Virus record (IMG/VR): IMGVR_UViG_3300023174_000080
Span: 1-64,000 of that record
Strand: one strand, 5' to 3'
DNA: 64,000 bases
From: a virus
Within the stretch, counting starts at the first letter, position 1, and every line of letters begins with the position of its first letter. The notes below the pieces were generated by a model. The model did no database searches, was not told the origin of the DNA, and saw only the letters and a list, made by a program, of their open reading frames with translations. Shown here one piece after another: positions 24,283 to 35,091 of this stretch. Both the position numbers and the translations under genes were made by a program.

Positions 24283-25513
24283 AAAAATAAAGATCTTAAC
24301 TTTATCTGATCATCCACTTAGTCCTAGTGGTGTTGGTAGTCAAACTAATTATATACTTCAAGGTCTTCTAAAAACTGGTAAATATCAAATTATTTCTCTT
24401 GGTGGTGCGATTAAACATCAAGATTATAGACCAGTAAAATTTCACGAATTTGGAGATGATTATATTATCATTCCAGTTGATGGATACGGAACTCCAGAAT
24501 TGATTCGTACAATTTTAATGAAAGAAAAGCCTGATATTCTTTGGATGATGACAGATCCACGTTTTTATACATGGCTTTGGAATATGGAACAAGAAATACG
24601 TCCAAACATCCCAATTGTTTATTATCACGTATGGGATAATTATCCATATCCAAAGTTTAATCGTTCTTTTTATTTATCTAATGATAAAATTGCTACCATT
24701 TCAAAGCTTACCAGCGATATTGTTCGTGTAGTAGCACCAGAAGTTGAAGAACAATATATTCCTCATGCAGTAAGCCCAGAACTGTTTAAAATTCTTGATG
24801 AAAAAGAATACTCTCATTTACGTATGAAAGATAAGACGTTATTCTTCTGGACTAATCGGAATGCTCGTAGAAAGATGAGTGGAAGCGTAGTTTGGTGGTA
24901 TAAAGAATTTCTAGATAAAGTTGGACATGATAAAGCTTTCTTATTAATGCATACTGATCCAAAAGATCCACATGGTCAAGATCTTGTAGCTATTGCAGAA
25001 GAGCTTGGACTTACAAAAGAAAATTTTGCTATTTCTGCCGGTAAAGTACCAGCAGTTGATATGGCAAAATTTTATAATGCCGCTGATTGTACAATAAATA
25101 TTAGTGATGCAGAAGGGTTTGGCCTTTCTTGCTTAGAAAGCTTGTCATGCGGAACACCAGTTATAGCTAATAAGACAGGCGGTATGCAAGATCAGTTAAC
25201 TGATGGAGTGGACACATATGGAATCCTTATAGAGCCTTCTAGCCGTGCGGTGATTGGTTCACAAGATGTACCATATATTTATGAAGATCGCGTAAGTAAT
25301 ACTGATGTTGTTAATGCAATGATAAAAATTCATAATATGACGCGAGAAGAACGCAAGGCGCTTGGAAAAAAGGGATATGATAATGTTCAAAAGAACTTTA
25401 ATTTCCAAACTTTCCAAGAAACTTGGGATAAACTTCTAAGTGAAGTTCATGAAAAATATGGTTCTTGGGAAACACGCAAGGGATATAAATCTTGGAGCGT
25501 AAAGGAATACTAG
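24272..25513 (+). CDS. Glycosyltransferase family 4
   Basis: NRNARRK, AEGFGLSCLESLSCGTP. Confidence 0.88.
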   Translation: MSNKKIKILTLSDHPLSPSGVGSQTNYILQGLLKTGKYQIISLGGAIKHQDYRPVKFHEFGDDYIIIPVDGYGTPELIRTILMKEKPDILWMMTDPRFYTWLWNMEQEIRPNIPIVYYHVWDNYPYPKFNRSFYLSNDKIATISKLTSDIVRVVAPEVEEQYIPHAVSPELFKILDEKEYSHLRMKDKTLFFWTNRNARRKMSGSVVWWYKEFLDKVGHDKAFLLMHTDPKDPHGQDLVAIAEELGLTKENFAISAGKVPAVDMAKFYNAADCTINISDAEGFGLSCLESLSCGTPVIANKTGGMQDQLTDGVDTYGILIEPSSRAVIGSQDVPYIYEDRVSNTDVVNAMIKIHNMTREERKALGKKGYDNVQKNFNFQTFQETWDKLLSEVHEKYGSWETRKGYKSWSVKEY

Positions 25514-25514
25514 A

Positions 25515-26720
25515 ATGAAAAAAATATTAATCAATGGTCCAGTATTAAGCAGAAGCGGTTATGGTGAAATGGCTCGTTTTGCATTACGTTCTTTAAAAGA
25601 TAGAAGCGATGTTGAATTATATCTTTTGCCAACATCTTGGGGAAATACCGGTTGGCTTTTTGAAGTTAATGAAGAAAGAAATTTTATTGATTCTCTTATT
25701 GCAAAAACACAACTTTATATACAGCAAAACGGCGGACGACCTCAATTTGATTTGTCTATACAAGTTTCTATTCCAAATGAATGGAAGAAAATAGCGGCTA
25801 TTAATATTGGTTATACCGCTGGCATAGAAACAAATCTCATCTCCCCAGCTTGGTTAGAAACAAGTCAACAGATGGATAAAATTATTGTTATTAGTGAACA
25901 TGCCAAGTCAGGGTTTGTAAATACAATATTTGGTAATCCACAAGGACAGCAATTTAAAGTAACAGTTCCTGTAGAAGTGGTACATTTGCCATATAGAAAT
26001 ACACAAAAGAAAGAAATTGATTTACAATTAAAATATGATTTTAACTTCTTATCTGTTTGCCAATGGGGGCCAAGAAAGAACTTAGATCAAACAATTATTG
26101 GGTTTTTAGAAGAATTTTCTAATGAAGAAGTTGGTTTGGTATTAAAAATTAATACTGCCAATGATTCTATTATGGATAGAGTATTGACTCAAAAAAGGCT
26201 AGAAGTCTTATTAAGTGCATATCCAAATAGAAAATGCTCTATAACCCTTCTGCATGGTCATTTAAGCGATGCAGAAGTGGAATCGCTATACACTCATCCA
26301 AAGATTAAGGCAATCGTTTCTACGACTCATGGAGAGGGTTTTGGATTACCTTTGCTAGAAGCCGCCGCCAATTCCTTACCAGTTATAGCAACAGATTGGA
26401 GTGGTCACACAGATTTCCTATATTTACCAGAAGACGATGATAAGAAAAGAATGTTTGGTAAAATCGATTATGATTTAAAACCAATCGACGCAGCCCATGT
26501 CTGGAAGGGAGTTTTAGAAGAAGGAACACAGTGGGCTTATCCAAAAATGGTAAGTTACAAAGATCGTTTACGTGATTGTTATAAAGATTGGGGTCGATAT
26601 AAGTCACAAGCTAAGAAACTAGCGCCTTGGGTAAAAGAAAATTTTGAAAAAACTAAATTGCAAGATAAGTTTAGCTCTTTATTAACATCAAATAAAGATA
26701 CAGATTTGTTGGTATTATAA
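25515..26720 (+). CDS. Glycosyltransferase family 4
   Basis: SGYG, QWGPRKN, GEGFGLPLLEA. Confidence 0.88.
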   Translation: MKKILINGPVLSRSGYGEMARFALRSLKDRSDVELYLLPTSWGNTGWLFEVNEERNFIDSLIAKTQLYIQQNGGRPQFDLSIQVSIPNEWKKIAAINIGYTAGIETNLISPAWLETSQQMDKIIVISEHAKSGFVNTIFGNPQGQQFKVTVPVEVVHLPYRNTQKKEIDLQLKYDFNFLSVCQWGPRKNLDQTIIGFLEEFSNEEVGLVLKINTANDSIMDRVLTQKRLEVLLSAYPNRKCSITLLHGHLSDAEVESLYTHPKIKAIVSTTHGEGFGLPLLEAAANSLPVIATDWSGHTDFLYLPEDDDKKRMFGKIDYDLKPIDAAHVWKGVLEEGTQWAYPKMVSYKDRLRDCYKDWGRYKSQAKKLAPWVKENFEKTKLQDKFSSLLTSNKDTDLLVL

Positions 26721-26721
26721 G

Positions 26722-27915
26722 ATGAAAAAGATAATTTATGTTGGTCAATTTACTGATGCTAGTGGTTATGGTAGTGCCGCTAGAAAATATTTACGCTTAT
26801 TAGATAAATATTTAGATATTAATCAATATGAATTAAAAGTATATAATTCTTCATATGAAGGAAAAGATTCTATTTCCGATAAAGATTTAAAAATATTAAA
26901 TAAATATATATTAAATAATGATCAAATAATAGATTATATTTCTAAAAAAGATTATATTGCACTTTTTCATTTATTACCTTGGGATACGGTATTAATACAA
27001 GATGATAAATATAAAAATAAATCTATAAGAGAAAATGCAAGAGTAAATATAAATTTATCTTATTGGGAAGCAGATAGATTACCAGAATACTGGAGGGATA
27101 TATTTGCAAATCAAATTTATGATAAATTAATTTTGGGAAGTAGCTGGAATAAATTAGTATACGAAAAAGACGTTAGTATACCGATAGATATAATTCCAGT
27201 ACCAATTTCAGTTCCAGAAATTGTTATTAAACCAACTGATATATTTACAATTTTTTCTTTATCTCAATGGCAACCAAGAAAAGGATTTGATATTTTAATT
27301 AAAGCTTTTTATCAAGAGTTCTTTAATCAAGATGATGTAAAGTTATTTATTAAAACTTATAAGAATGAAGCGTTCGCAAAAAATGTGAAAAACGATAAAG
27401 AAGAAATTTTAAAAGAAGCATTACAATATAAAAATTCTGTTAATCACTATTCTGAAAAACCTAAATGTAAATTAGAAATAAAAACAGGAATAGTAGATTA
27501 TGAAGAATTGTTATCATATTATTCTAATGCTTCTATTTTTTGTTTAGCTTCAAAAGGAGAAGGGTTTAGTATTCCTTCTGCCGAAGCAGCTTTATATGGA
27601 TTACCAACGATAACAGCAGATATTGGTGGGCATACAGATTTCCTAGATAAAGATAATAATTTTTTCTTTAACGTAGAACCACAGCCGGTAGAAAATATGT
27701 TTGTTAGTCCTTTATATTCTTCTATTGAAATGAATTTTTTATCTCCAAATATTTTTTCTTTAAGAAAACAACTGAGGAAATCATATAATATTTGGAAAGA
27801 AGATAAAAATAAATTATTAGAAATGGGTAAAAATAGTAGAAATTATGCTTTAAAATATTTTGATGAAAAAGAAATATTTAATAAACTTATGAACTGTATT
27901 ACATTTAAGGAATAA
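26722..27915 (+). CDS. Glycosyltransferase family 4
   Basis: SGYG, QWQPRKG, GEGFSIPSAEA. Confidence 0.85.
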   Translation: MKKIIYVGQFTDASGYGSAARKYLRLLDKYLDINQYELKVYNSSYEGKDSISDKDLKILNKYILNNDQIIDYISKKDYIALFHLLPWDTVLIQDDKYKNKSIRENARVNINLSYWEADRLPEYWRDIFANQIYDKLILGSSWNKLVYEKDVSIPIDIIPVPISVPEIVIKPTDIFTIFSLSQWQPRKGFDILIKAFYQEFFNQDDVKLFIKTYKNEAFAKNVKNDKEEILKEALQYKNSVNHYSEKPKCKLEIKTGIVDYEELLSYYSNASIFCLASKGEGFSIPSAEAALYGLPTITADIGGHTDFLDKDNNFFFNVEPQPVENMFVSPLYSSIEMNFLSPNIFSLRKQLRKSYNIWKEDKNKLLEMGKNSRNYALKYFDEKEIFNKLMNCITFKE

Positions 27916-27916
27916 T

Positions 27917-28684
27917 ATGAAGAAAAAAATTGCATTTTGCACTTATGTTTCTGATGATAAGATTGTATATTTTGGTTTATTAAAGATGCTATCATCTTTT
28001 AAAAAATTTCATCCCGATATTCCAATTTATGTTTTAACTAATAAGCATATATTTAATGAAATAAGAAAATTTCCAATATTTAATAGTTTTTATTATTTAA
28101 ATCCATTAATGTCAATAACATTAGCGGATAAATATGAAACTGTAGTGCATATAGATGCCGATTGTATTGTTACTGATAGATTAGAAGAAATATTGCAGTG
28201 CGACTATGATGTAGCCATAGTCAGAAATAATAGCGACTTTAAAACTGCCGGTATGGGTCCACCGGAAACTGCTAATGGATTAATAGATGTATTTAAATAT
28301 GCTAATTGTGGTTTAATAGCTTCTACTAAAAAAGAATTTTGGGAAGATTGGATTCAAGAAAATGTTAAATGTATTAATAAGTATAGACAACACGAACAAG
28401 ATATAGCTAATATATTGCTTTCTCAAGGAAAATATAAAATAAAAATTTTAGATTCTATTGATAATAACTTATACTATGGTGTCGCTAATGCCTATGGTTC
28501 ACATACGCATTGGGATAGTTGGAAGCATATAATAATTGGTGATAATAACAAGTTATATTTAAATAATAAATTAATCAAAGTTCTTCATCATGCTGGTGGC
28601 TTTGTTAATGAAAAATTAAATTTAGATGATTTATTTTCCCATGAAGTTTCTCGTTACTTAAAAGATTTATGTGAGGATTTATAA
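27917..28684 (+). CDS. GT-A fold glycosyltransferase (GT8-like)
   Basis: HIDAD, NCGL, EQD, HHAG motifs. Confidence 0.75.
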   Translation: MKKKIAFCTYVSDDKIVYFGLLKMLSSFKKFHPDIPIYVLTNKHIFNEIRKFPIFNSFYYLNPLMSITLADKYETVVHIDADCIVTDRLEEILQCDYDVAIVRNNSDFKTAGMGPPETANGLIDVFKYANCGLIASTKKEFWEDWIQENVKCINKYRQHEQDIANILLSQGKYKIKILDSIDNNLYYGVANAYGSHTHWDSWKHIIIGDNNKLYLNNKLIKVLHHAGGFVNEKLNLDDLFSHEVSRYLKDLCEDL

Positions 28685-28685
28685 A

Positions 28686-29345
28686 ATGAAAAAGAAAATA
28701 GAGTTAATAGAATATGATTTTCAAGGAGATCTTTTTATAGATATTGGTGGTAATATTGGTTTATGGAGTAAAGAACTATATTATGATTATAAGAAAATTT
28801 TTTTTCTTGAACCATCACAAGAAGCTATAGAGTTAGCTAAAATAAATATTAATGATCAATTAAATAAAGTAGTATATTACAAAAATATATGCTCTAACGA
28901 ATCAAAATTAAAAAAGACAATCTATTCAAGTACTGGCAATTCTGTAAATTACTCAATTTTTGCTAAAGACCTTTATTCGACTGTTATTTCAAAAGAAGAA
29001 GATATAGAGACTATAACAATAGATGATTTGCTAGAATCAGCGTCAGAACATAAAGATATTTTAATAAAAATCGATACAGAAGGATGTGACTTGGATATAA
29101 TTTTAGGAGGAATGAAGTTTATAAAAGAAAAAAAGCCAAATATTATTATGGAAGCTCATTTCCATATGTATTATGATGATGAAAAATTTAATACAATTAA
29201 AAACTTTTTATATAATCTAGGATACAAAATGTCAGAATATAAAAATGACAACTATCTTCACTCACCATATCATATTTTTGATGGTAAACATAATGGCTTA
29301 CAAATGCATAATCTTCATTATCAAATACTTTTTTCTACAAAATAA
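28686..29345 (+). CDS. FkbM-family methyltransferase
   Basis: IDIGGNIG, LEP, IKIDTEG.D. Confidence 0.85.
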   Translation: MKKKIELIEYDFQGDLFIDIGGNIGLWSKELYYDYKKIFFLEPSQEAIELAKININDQLNKVVYYKNICSNESKLKKTIYSSTGNSVNYSIFAKDLYSTVISKEEDIETITIDDLLESASEHKDILIKIDTEGCDLDIILGGMKFIKEKKPNIIMEAHFHMYYDDEKFNTIKNFLYNLGYKMSEYKNDNYLHSPYHIFDGKHNGLQMHNLHYQILFSTK

Positions 29346-29357
29346 AATTTCATAAAA

Positions 29358-30314
29358 ATGAAAAAAATTGTTTATATAACTGGCTGTTTGGGATTTATTG
29401 GCTCTCATCTTACAAGAAAATGCTTAAATCTTGGTTGGTTTGTTAAGGGCATAGATAGAATTACATATGCAGCGAATGTACAAACTTTAGAAGAATTTAA
29501 AAAATATAAAAACTTTTCTTTTGAGCAAAAAGATATTAATGATTTAGATTTTCTATATGATTGTGATTATGTTATTAATACAGCTGCTGAAACACATGTT
29601 GATAATTCCATAGTTGATAACAAAGATTTTTTAAAGAGTAATATAGATGGTGTACATAATTTACTTGAATTAATAAAAAATAACAGAAATAATAAAAAAC
29701 CAATCTTTTTTCATTTCAGTACTGACGAAGTATACGGCGACATTGATTCTGGTTCACATAATGAACTTTCGCTTTTAAAGCCAAGTAATCCTTATTCTGC
29801 TACAAAAGCTGCTGCCGATATGATGATTCTTGCTTGGGCCAGAACGTATGATATTAAGTATATCATTGTAAGGCCATCTAACAATTATGGTATTGGTCAA
29901 TATGTAGAAAAATTAATTCCTAAAACTTGTAAATATCTTTTTTTAGGTAGAAAGATTCCTTTACACAATAATGGAACGCCAATAAGGACTTGGCTTCATG
30001 CAGACGATACCGCTGAAGCATGTATTAAAATAATTAATAGTCAAAAAACAAATGAAATATATAATATTTGCGGCTCAGAAGAAAAAGCTAATATAGATAC
30101 AATAAAATGTATAATTAAAGAATATTTTGATTTTAAAGATAATGAATATGACATCAATAATTATGTAGATACCTCATATACTAGAAAAGGTCAAGATATT
30201 AGGTATTCTGTTGAAGATAAAAAATTAAGACAATTAGGTTGGAAAAATAGTAAAAAATTTGATGAAGAAATAAAATCAATAGTGAATTACTATAAGGATA
30301 ATTTTATATGGTAG
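29358..30314 (+). CDS. rfbB: dTDP-glucose 4,6-dehydratase-like
   Basis: GCLGFIG, AAETHVDNSI, STDEVYG, YSATK, NNYG..Q..EKLIP. Confidence 0.88.
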   Translation: MKKIVYITGCLGFIGSHLTRKCLNLGWFVKGIDRITYAANVQTLEEFKKYKNFSFEQKDINDLDFLYDCDYVINTAAETHVDNSIVDNKDFLKSNIDGVHNLLELIKNNRNNKKPIFFHFSTDEVYGDIDSGSHNELSLLKPSNPYSATKAAADMMILAWARTYDIKYIIVRPSNNYGIGQYVEKLIPKTCKYLFLGRKIPLHNNGTPIRTWLHADDTAEACIKIINSQKTNEIYNICGSEEKANIDTIKCIIKEYFDFKDNEYDINNYVDTSYTRKGQDIRYSVEDKKLRQLGWKNSKKFDEEIKSIVNYYKDNFIW

Positions 30315-30943
30315 ATAAAAAACTAAAAAAAAGACTTTTAGAAATTTGCTATAAACACAAGCTTCATCATTTGGGAAGTTATTTTTCTTCACTAAATATT
30401 ATCGATAATATATATTCTCAAATGAAAAAAGACGATATTTTTATTCTTTCTTCTGGTCATGCTGTTGTTGCGTTGTTCGTAGTTTTAGAAAAATATTTTG
30501 GTTTTGATGCAGAAGAACTATTAAAAAAACATGGAGAGCATCCTAAGTTGGATGAAGAACATAAAATTTTTTGTTCTACAGGAAGCCTTGGATTAGGATT
30601 ACTTGTAGCGGTTGGTCGTGCAGTTGCAAATAAAAATAGAAATGTTTTTTGTTTAATTTCTGATGGTGAAACAGCCGAAGGAAGCATATGGGAAGCTTTA
30701 AGATATGCTAAAGAATCTAAATTAGATAATTTAAAAGTTTTTGTAAATGCAAATGGTATTTGTGGTTATGATACAGTAAATGTTGATTATTTAGAAAAAA
30801 GAATCAAATCTTTTGACGAAAAAATAAATTTTGTTGTTACCACAGTAGAACAAATACCAGCTCTTAAAGGAATAGAATCACATTATTGCACATTAAATGA
30901 AAAAGATTATTTAGACGGTCTAGAATATATTGATAGAGAATAA
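30308..30943 (+). CDS. Transketolase N-terminal (TPP-binding) subunit
   Basis: HLGS..S, LSSGH, HP, STGSLG.GL, SDGE..EG..WEA..N. Confidence 0.88.
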   Translation: MVDKKLKKRLLEICYKHKLHHLGSYFSSLNIIDNIYSQMKKDDIFILSSGHAVVALFVVLEKYFGFDAEELLKKHGEHPKLDEEHKIFCSTGSLGLGLLVAVGRAVANKNRNVFCLISDGETAEGSIWEALRYAKESKLDNLKVFVNANGICGYDTVNVDYLEKRIKSFDEKINFVVTTVEQIPALKGIESHYCTLNEKDYLDGLEYIDRE

Positions 30944-30945
30944 AA

Positions 30946-31422
30946 ATGAGAAAAACTTTTGCTACTTTACTACATGAAGAAATGAAAATAAATAAAGATA
31001 TTTATTTGCTTACAGGTGATTTAGGTTTTAGACTTTGGGATAATATTAAAAATGATTTTCCTAATAACTATATTAATCCCGGTTCCGCTGAACAGCTATT
31101 GATTGGTATGGCAGCTGGATTAGCCTTGGAAGGTAAAATACCTGTTGTGTATTCTATAACTCCTTTTCTTATCTATAGACCGTTTGAAATTATAAGAAAC
31201 TATATGCATTACGAAAAGATACCTGTAAAGTTAATTGGTGGTGGCCGTGGAAGAGATTATGGTGTTTTAGGATACACTCATTGGGCCGAAGAAGATGAAA
31301 AAATTATTAATATATTAAATAACATAAAGCAGTACAGGCCAGAAAAAAATGAGGATGTAAATTCTTCTTTTAAAGACTTTCTATATTCTAAACAGCCATG
31401 CTATATGAATTTAAAAAAATAA
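30946..31422 (+). CDS. Transketolase pyrimidine-binding subunit (no C-terminal domain)
   Basis: TGDLG, AEQ..IG.AAGLA.EG, RPFE.IR, GYTH. Confidence 0.85.
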   Translation: MRKTFATLLHEEMKINKDIYLLTGDLGFRLWDNIKNDFPNNYINPGSAEQLLIGMAAGLALEGKIPVVYSITPFLIYRPFEIIRNYMHYEKIPVKLIGGGRGRDYGVLGYTHWAEEDEKIINILNNIKQYRPEKNEDVNSSFKDFLYSKQPCYMNLKK

Positions 31423-31423
31423 C

Positions 31424-32281
31424 ATGCTAAATATAATGGTTACTGGTGGCAACGGATTTCTAGGTAAAGAAATATTATCGTCTTATTTAAAAGATAAATA
31501 TAGATTATTTAATATTAATAGAACCATATTAGATATTACGGATTTTAATAAAGTAAAAAGTTTTATTTTACAAAAAAATATAGATGTTATTATTCATTGT
31601 GCGGTAAAAGGCGGTAGAAGAAATAAAATAGATACCGCACAAGACTATTATGAAAATATCATAATGTTTGAAAATTTAATTAATAATCTATCTAACATAT
31701 CTCTTTTTATAAATTTTGATAGTGGTGCATCGTTTGATAGAAGACAAAACATACATCGGTTTAAAGAAGAACAACTGGGTGATTCAGTGCCAAACGATTT
31801 TTATGGCTCTTCTAAATATACAATATCTAAAAAAATTATTAATTTAGAAAAAAGTATTAACTTAAGAATATTTGGGTGCTTCTCAGCTAATGAAGATGAC
31901 ACAAGATTAATTAAATCAAATATAAAAAAATATCTCTCTAATAAAGATTTAATTCTTCATCAAAATAGAGAAATGGATTTTATCTATTTTAAAGATGTTA
32001 TTTCAGTTGTAGATTTTTATATAAATAATAGATTTATTTTAGATAAATTGCCTAAAGATATTAACCTTTGTTATGAAGAAAAAAATTCCCTTTTACAAAT
32101 TTTAAATATTATAAACAATTTATCAGATAAGAAAAGTAATATTATTAAAAATAATGATAATGATGGTTTATCATATTCTGGCGATGGAAAAAAATTAAAT
32201 TCTTTAAACATAAAATTATTTGGTTTAGAATATGGTATAATTGATGTTTACAATACCTTAAGGGAACAAAATGACCAATAA
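31424..32281 (+). CDS. NAD-dependent epimerase/reductase (SDR)
   Basis: TGGNGFLG; YGSSK. Confidence 0.85.
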   Translation: MLNIMVTGGNGFLGKEILSSYLKDKYRLFNINRTILDITDFNKVKSFILQKNIDVIIHCAVKGGRRNKIDTAQDYYENIIMFENLINNLSNISLFINFDSGASFDRRQNIHRFKEEQLGDSVPNDFYGSSKYTISKKIINLEKSINLRIFGCFSANEDDTRLIKSNIKKYLSNKDLILHQNREMDFIYFKDVISVVDFYINNRFILDKLPKDINLCYEEKNSLLQILNIINNLSDKKSNIIKNNDNDGLSYSGDGKKLNSLNIKLFGLEYGIIDVYNTLREQNDQ

Positions 32282-33566
32282 AATAAATATTGAAAAATTT
32301 GTTGAAGATATATTTAAAGACGAAAAGAGTTTTCCATATTTAATAGGATCTAAAATAAAACCAAAAAACTCTATTCCTTATTCTGGTCCTTATTGGGATG
32401 AGCAAGAAATAAAAGCCATTTTTTCAAGTTTAATTATGGGAAAATGGCTTCCTAGCGGTGGAGAAATAGCAAAATTTGAAACCAAATTTTCTAAGATGTT
32501 TAACTTAAGTTTTTCTTTAATGGTAAACTCAGGCAGTTCTGCCGATCTTTTAATGATTGCCGCTATTAAAAAAGTCTTAAATTGGCAAGACGGTGACGAA
32601 GTAATTTTATCTGTTGTAGGATTTCCTACCACTTTATCTTCATTAATATTAAATAATTTGAAGCCAGTATTCTGCGATATTGAAATGCAAACATTAAATT
32701 TTGATATTGGCAAAATAGAAAGTTTAATATCCTCTAAAACAAAAGCGATATATATATCACCAGTACTTGGCAACGCTCCCGATATGGACAAATTATTAGA
32801 AATTAAAAATAAATATAATATTGAGCTTATTTTAGATAATTGTGATTCTCTAGGGAGTAAATGGAAAGGTAAATTTTTAAGCGATTATGCCATAGCCTCT
32901 TCGTGTTCTTTTTATATGGCACATCACATTGCTACTGGAGAAGGCGGCATGGTTTCTTCTAATAATGAGAAAATAGTGGAAGAAGCTAGAAAAATGTGCT
33001 GGTGGGGTAGAGATTGTTATTGTGTAGGTAAGAATAACACTTTACCATGTGGAACTTGTGGGCAAAGATTTTCTAAATGGATTAAAGAATATGATTATGA
33101 AATTGATCATAGATATTTTTTTACATCAATGGGATATAATTTAAAACCATTAGATTTTCAGGGCGCAATAGGTTTAGTGCAATTAGATAAATTTTCTAAA
33201 ATTGAAGAATTAAGAAAAAAGCATAAAAAAGCTATTGAACAATTATTTGTTAATAATATATCTAATGTTACTTCAATTAAAGAATTATCCGACGCTGACA
33301 CTTCTTGGTTCGGAGTACCAGTAATTTGTAAAACACCGGAAGATAAAAGAAAATTAGTTAAATATTTAGAAGATAATGGTATTCAAACAAGAAATTATTT
33401 TGCTGGCAATATTTTATTACAACCAGCTTATAAAGATTATGGAGATTGGAAAAAATATACAAATGCAAATAAAGTTTTAGATTTAGTATTTTTTGTTGGA
33501 TGTGCTCCGTTTTATGATGAAAACGATTTAAATTACTTTGAAAAAGTATTAAAATTATACAAATAG
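32271..33566 (+). CDS. rfbH: NDP-4-keto-6-deoxyhexose 3-dehydratase (RfbH/DdhC-like, DegT family)
   Basis: VNSGSSA, DNCDSLG, SFYMAHHIATGEGG (His instead of Lys), WGRDCYC...CG.RF Fe-S motif. Confidence 0.85.
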   Translation: MTNKINIEKFVEDIFKDEKSFPYLIGSKIKPKNSIPYSGPYWDEQEIKAIFSSLIMGKWLPSGGEIAKFETKFSKMFNLSFSLMVNSGSSADLLMIAAIKKVLNWQDGDEVILSVVGFPTTLSSLILNNLKPVFCDIEMQTLNFDIGKIESLISSKTKAIYISPVLGNAPDMDKLLEIKNKYNIELILDNCDSLGSKWKGKFLSDYAIASSCSFYMAHHIATGEGGMVSSNNEKIVEEARKMCWWGRDCYCVGKNNTLPCGTCGQRFSKWIKEYDYEIDHRYFFTSMGYNLKPLDFQGAIGLVQLDKFSKIEELRKKHKKAIEQLFVNNISNVTSIKELSDADTSWFGVPVICKTPEDKRKLVKYLEDNGIQTRNYFAGNILLQPAYKDYGDWKKYTNANKVLDLVFFVGCAPFYDENDLNYFEKVLKLYK

Positions 33567-33642
33567 AAGAATTTATTAATATATTTTAATTTAATATAAT
33601 CAGCAAAACAAATTTTACAAACTTATAAAAAGGAATTGTTAT

Positions 33643-33819
33643 ATGAAAATGTCTAACCAAATGTTAACTGCGATTATGGTATCATTGCAAAAAAGTCTTA
33701 TGGAGCAAACAGACATAGTACCGGTTTTAAAAGGCTTTGAAATGTCTTTAGAGGGCGAAGAGCTGGTTGTTACTAATCCACCAGCCACCATATCCGCAAA
33801 GCCTGTAGAGGGCAAATAG
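33643..33819 (+). CDS. Hypothetical 58-aa protein (not in ORF track)
   Basis: MKMSNQMLTAIMVSLQKSLMEQTDIVPVLKG...VTNPP; AAGGA SD. Confidence 0.65.
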   Translation: MKMSNQMLTAIMVSLQKSLMEQTDIVPVLKGFEMSLEGEELVVTNPPATISAKPVEGK

Positions 33820-33820
33820 G

Positions 33821-34075
33821 ATGCCTACATACATTTATAAATGTGATAAGTGTAATAATACTTTTAAAGCATTTCATGGCATGAATGATCTTCTTACAGA
33901 ATGCCTAGATTGTCATGAAATTGGTCATGTGAACAAGGTACCTTCATTATTAACCTCTCTACCAGAACGAAATAGTGAACAAACGGCGGCTGGTATGCGT
34001 GTCAAGGAAGCCATAGAGGATAATAGACGGCTACTTTTAGATAGCAAACAACAAGTTGTTGTAAAGAAGATATAA
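33821..34075 (+). CDS. FmdB-family zinc-ribbon protein
   Basis: MPTYIYKCDKC...CLDC. Confidence 0.8.
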   Translation: MPTYIYKCDKCNNTFKAFHGMNDLLTECLDCHEIGHVNKVPSLLTSLPERNSEQTAAGMRVKEAIEDNRRLLLDSKQQVVVKKI

Positions 34076-34076
34076 T

Positions 34077-34388
34077 ATGATTATACTTTTATCATTATTG
34101 TTATTTGTCTCCATAGTTGGAAATGTTATGTTAATATGGTATACAAGAAAGTTAATTAATAATTTATTATATGGCGTTAAGAATGTGGATGAAATGCAAA
34201 AACTGTTTGAAGAATATATTACATTAATACAACCTCTAGCTACTATGGAAAATTATTATAATGATCCAGCTATAACATCAGCAATAAATAATACAAATGT
34301 TATTATTGAGGCTTGCAAAATGTATAAAAATACCATGATAGAACAAATAGATGAAAAAAATAATAAAACCAACAATAAAGCAGAATAA
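34077..34388 (+). CDS. Membrane-anchored hypothetical protein
   Basis: N-terminal TM helix. Confidence 0.65.
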   Translation: MIILLSLLLFVSIVGNVMLIWYTRKLINNLLYGVKNVDEMQKLFEEYITLIQPLATMENYYNDPAITSAINNTNVIIEACKMYKNTMIEQIDEKNNKTNNKAE

Positions 34389-35091
34389 TGCTCAAGAAAA
34401 AAATCAATATTTTACTAAAAAGCATGAAAATGCCATTTTAGAATATGCGTCTATATTAGACAATAATAGAAAAACTTTATTATATATAAAATATATCCAA
34501 CCAGCTTTTAATGAAATGGTTGAAAAGATAGTTTATACCTATAAATTCAATAGTTTACCTAATATAGATGATTTAAAAAGCGAATGTAAGACATGGCTTA
34601 CGACTATTCTGGATAAATATGATGTTTCCAGAGGGTCTAAAGCCTTTTCTTATTTTAGCGTCATAACCAAAAACTGGTTTATTCATAAAGTAAAAAAGAA
34701 TAATAATAAAAAAGAAGTATATATTGAAGATATTAAAGATACTCAACAAGAAGAAGATCTTGTATATGAGGAATCATATTTTACTAATAGAGAAAGAGAA
34801 GAATTCTGGTTTGCTCTAGAAAATGAAATGCATGGTTGGTTTGATAAAAGACTAAAAGAAAATGAAATTAAGGTTTATAAAGCTATAATATTACTTTTTA
34901 AAGAGTCTGAATCAATAGAAATTTTTAATAAGAAAGCTATTTATCTTTACATGAGAGAAATAACCGGTTTAAATACTAAACAAGTAGTAAATAATTTAAA
35001 AAAATTTAGAAATAAATATGAAGATTTTAGAAAAAATTGGGTAAATGGCAACGTAACTCATGTAAAAACGAGGGTTTACAGAGATGAGTGA
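34351..35091 (+). CDS. Phage late sigma factor-like protein (T4 gp55-like)
   Basis: YFT...E, KYD..RGSKAFSYFSVITKNWFI resembles sigma region 2; located at head of structural module. Confidence 0.65.
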   Translation: MKKIIKPTIKQNNAQEKNQYFTKKHENAILEYASILDNNRKTLLYIKYIQPAFNEMVEKIVYTYKFNSLPNIDDLKSECKTWLTTILDKYDVSRGSKAFSYFSVITKNWFIHKVKKNNNKKEVYIEDIKDTQQEEDLVYEESYFTNREREEFWFALENEMHGWFDKRLKENEIKVYKAIILLFKESESIEIFNKKAIYLYMREITGLNTKQVVNNLKKFRNKYEDFRKNWVNGNVTHVKTRVYRDE

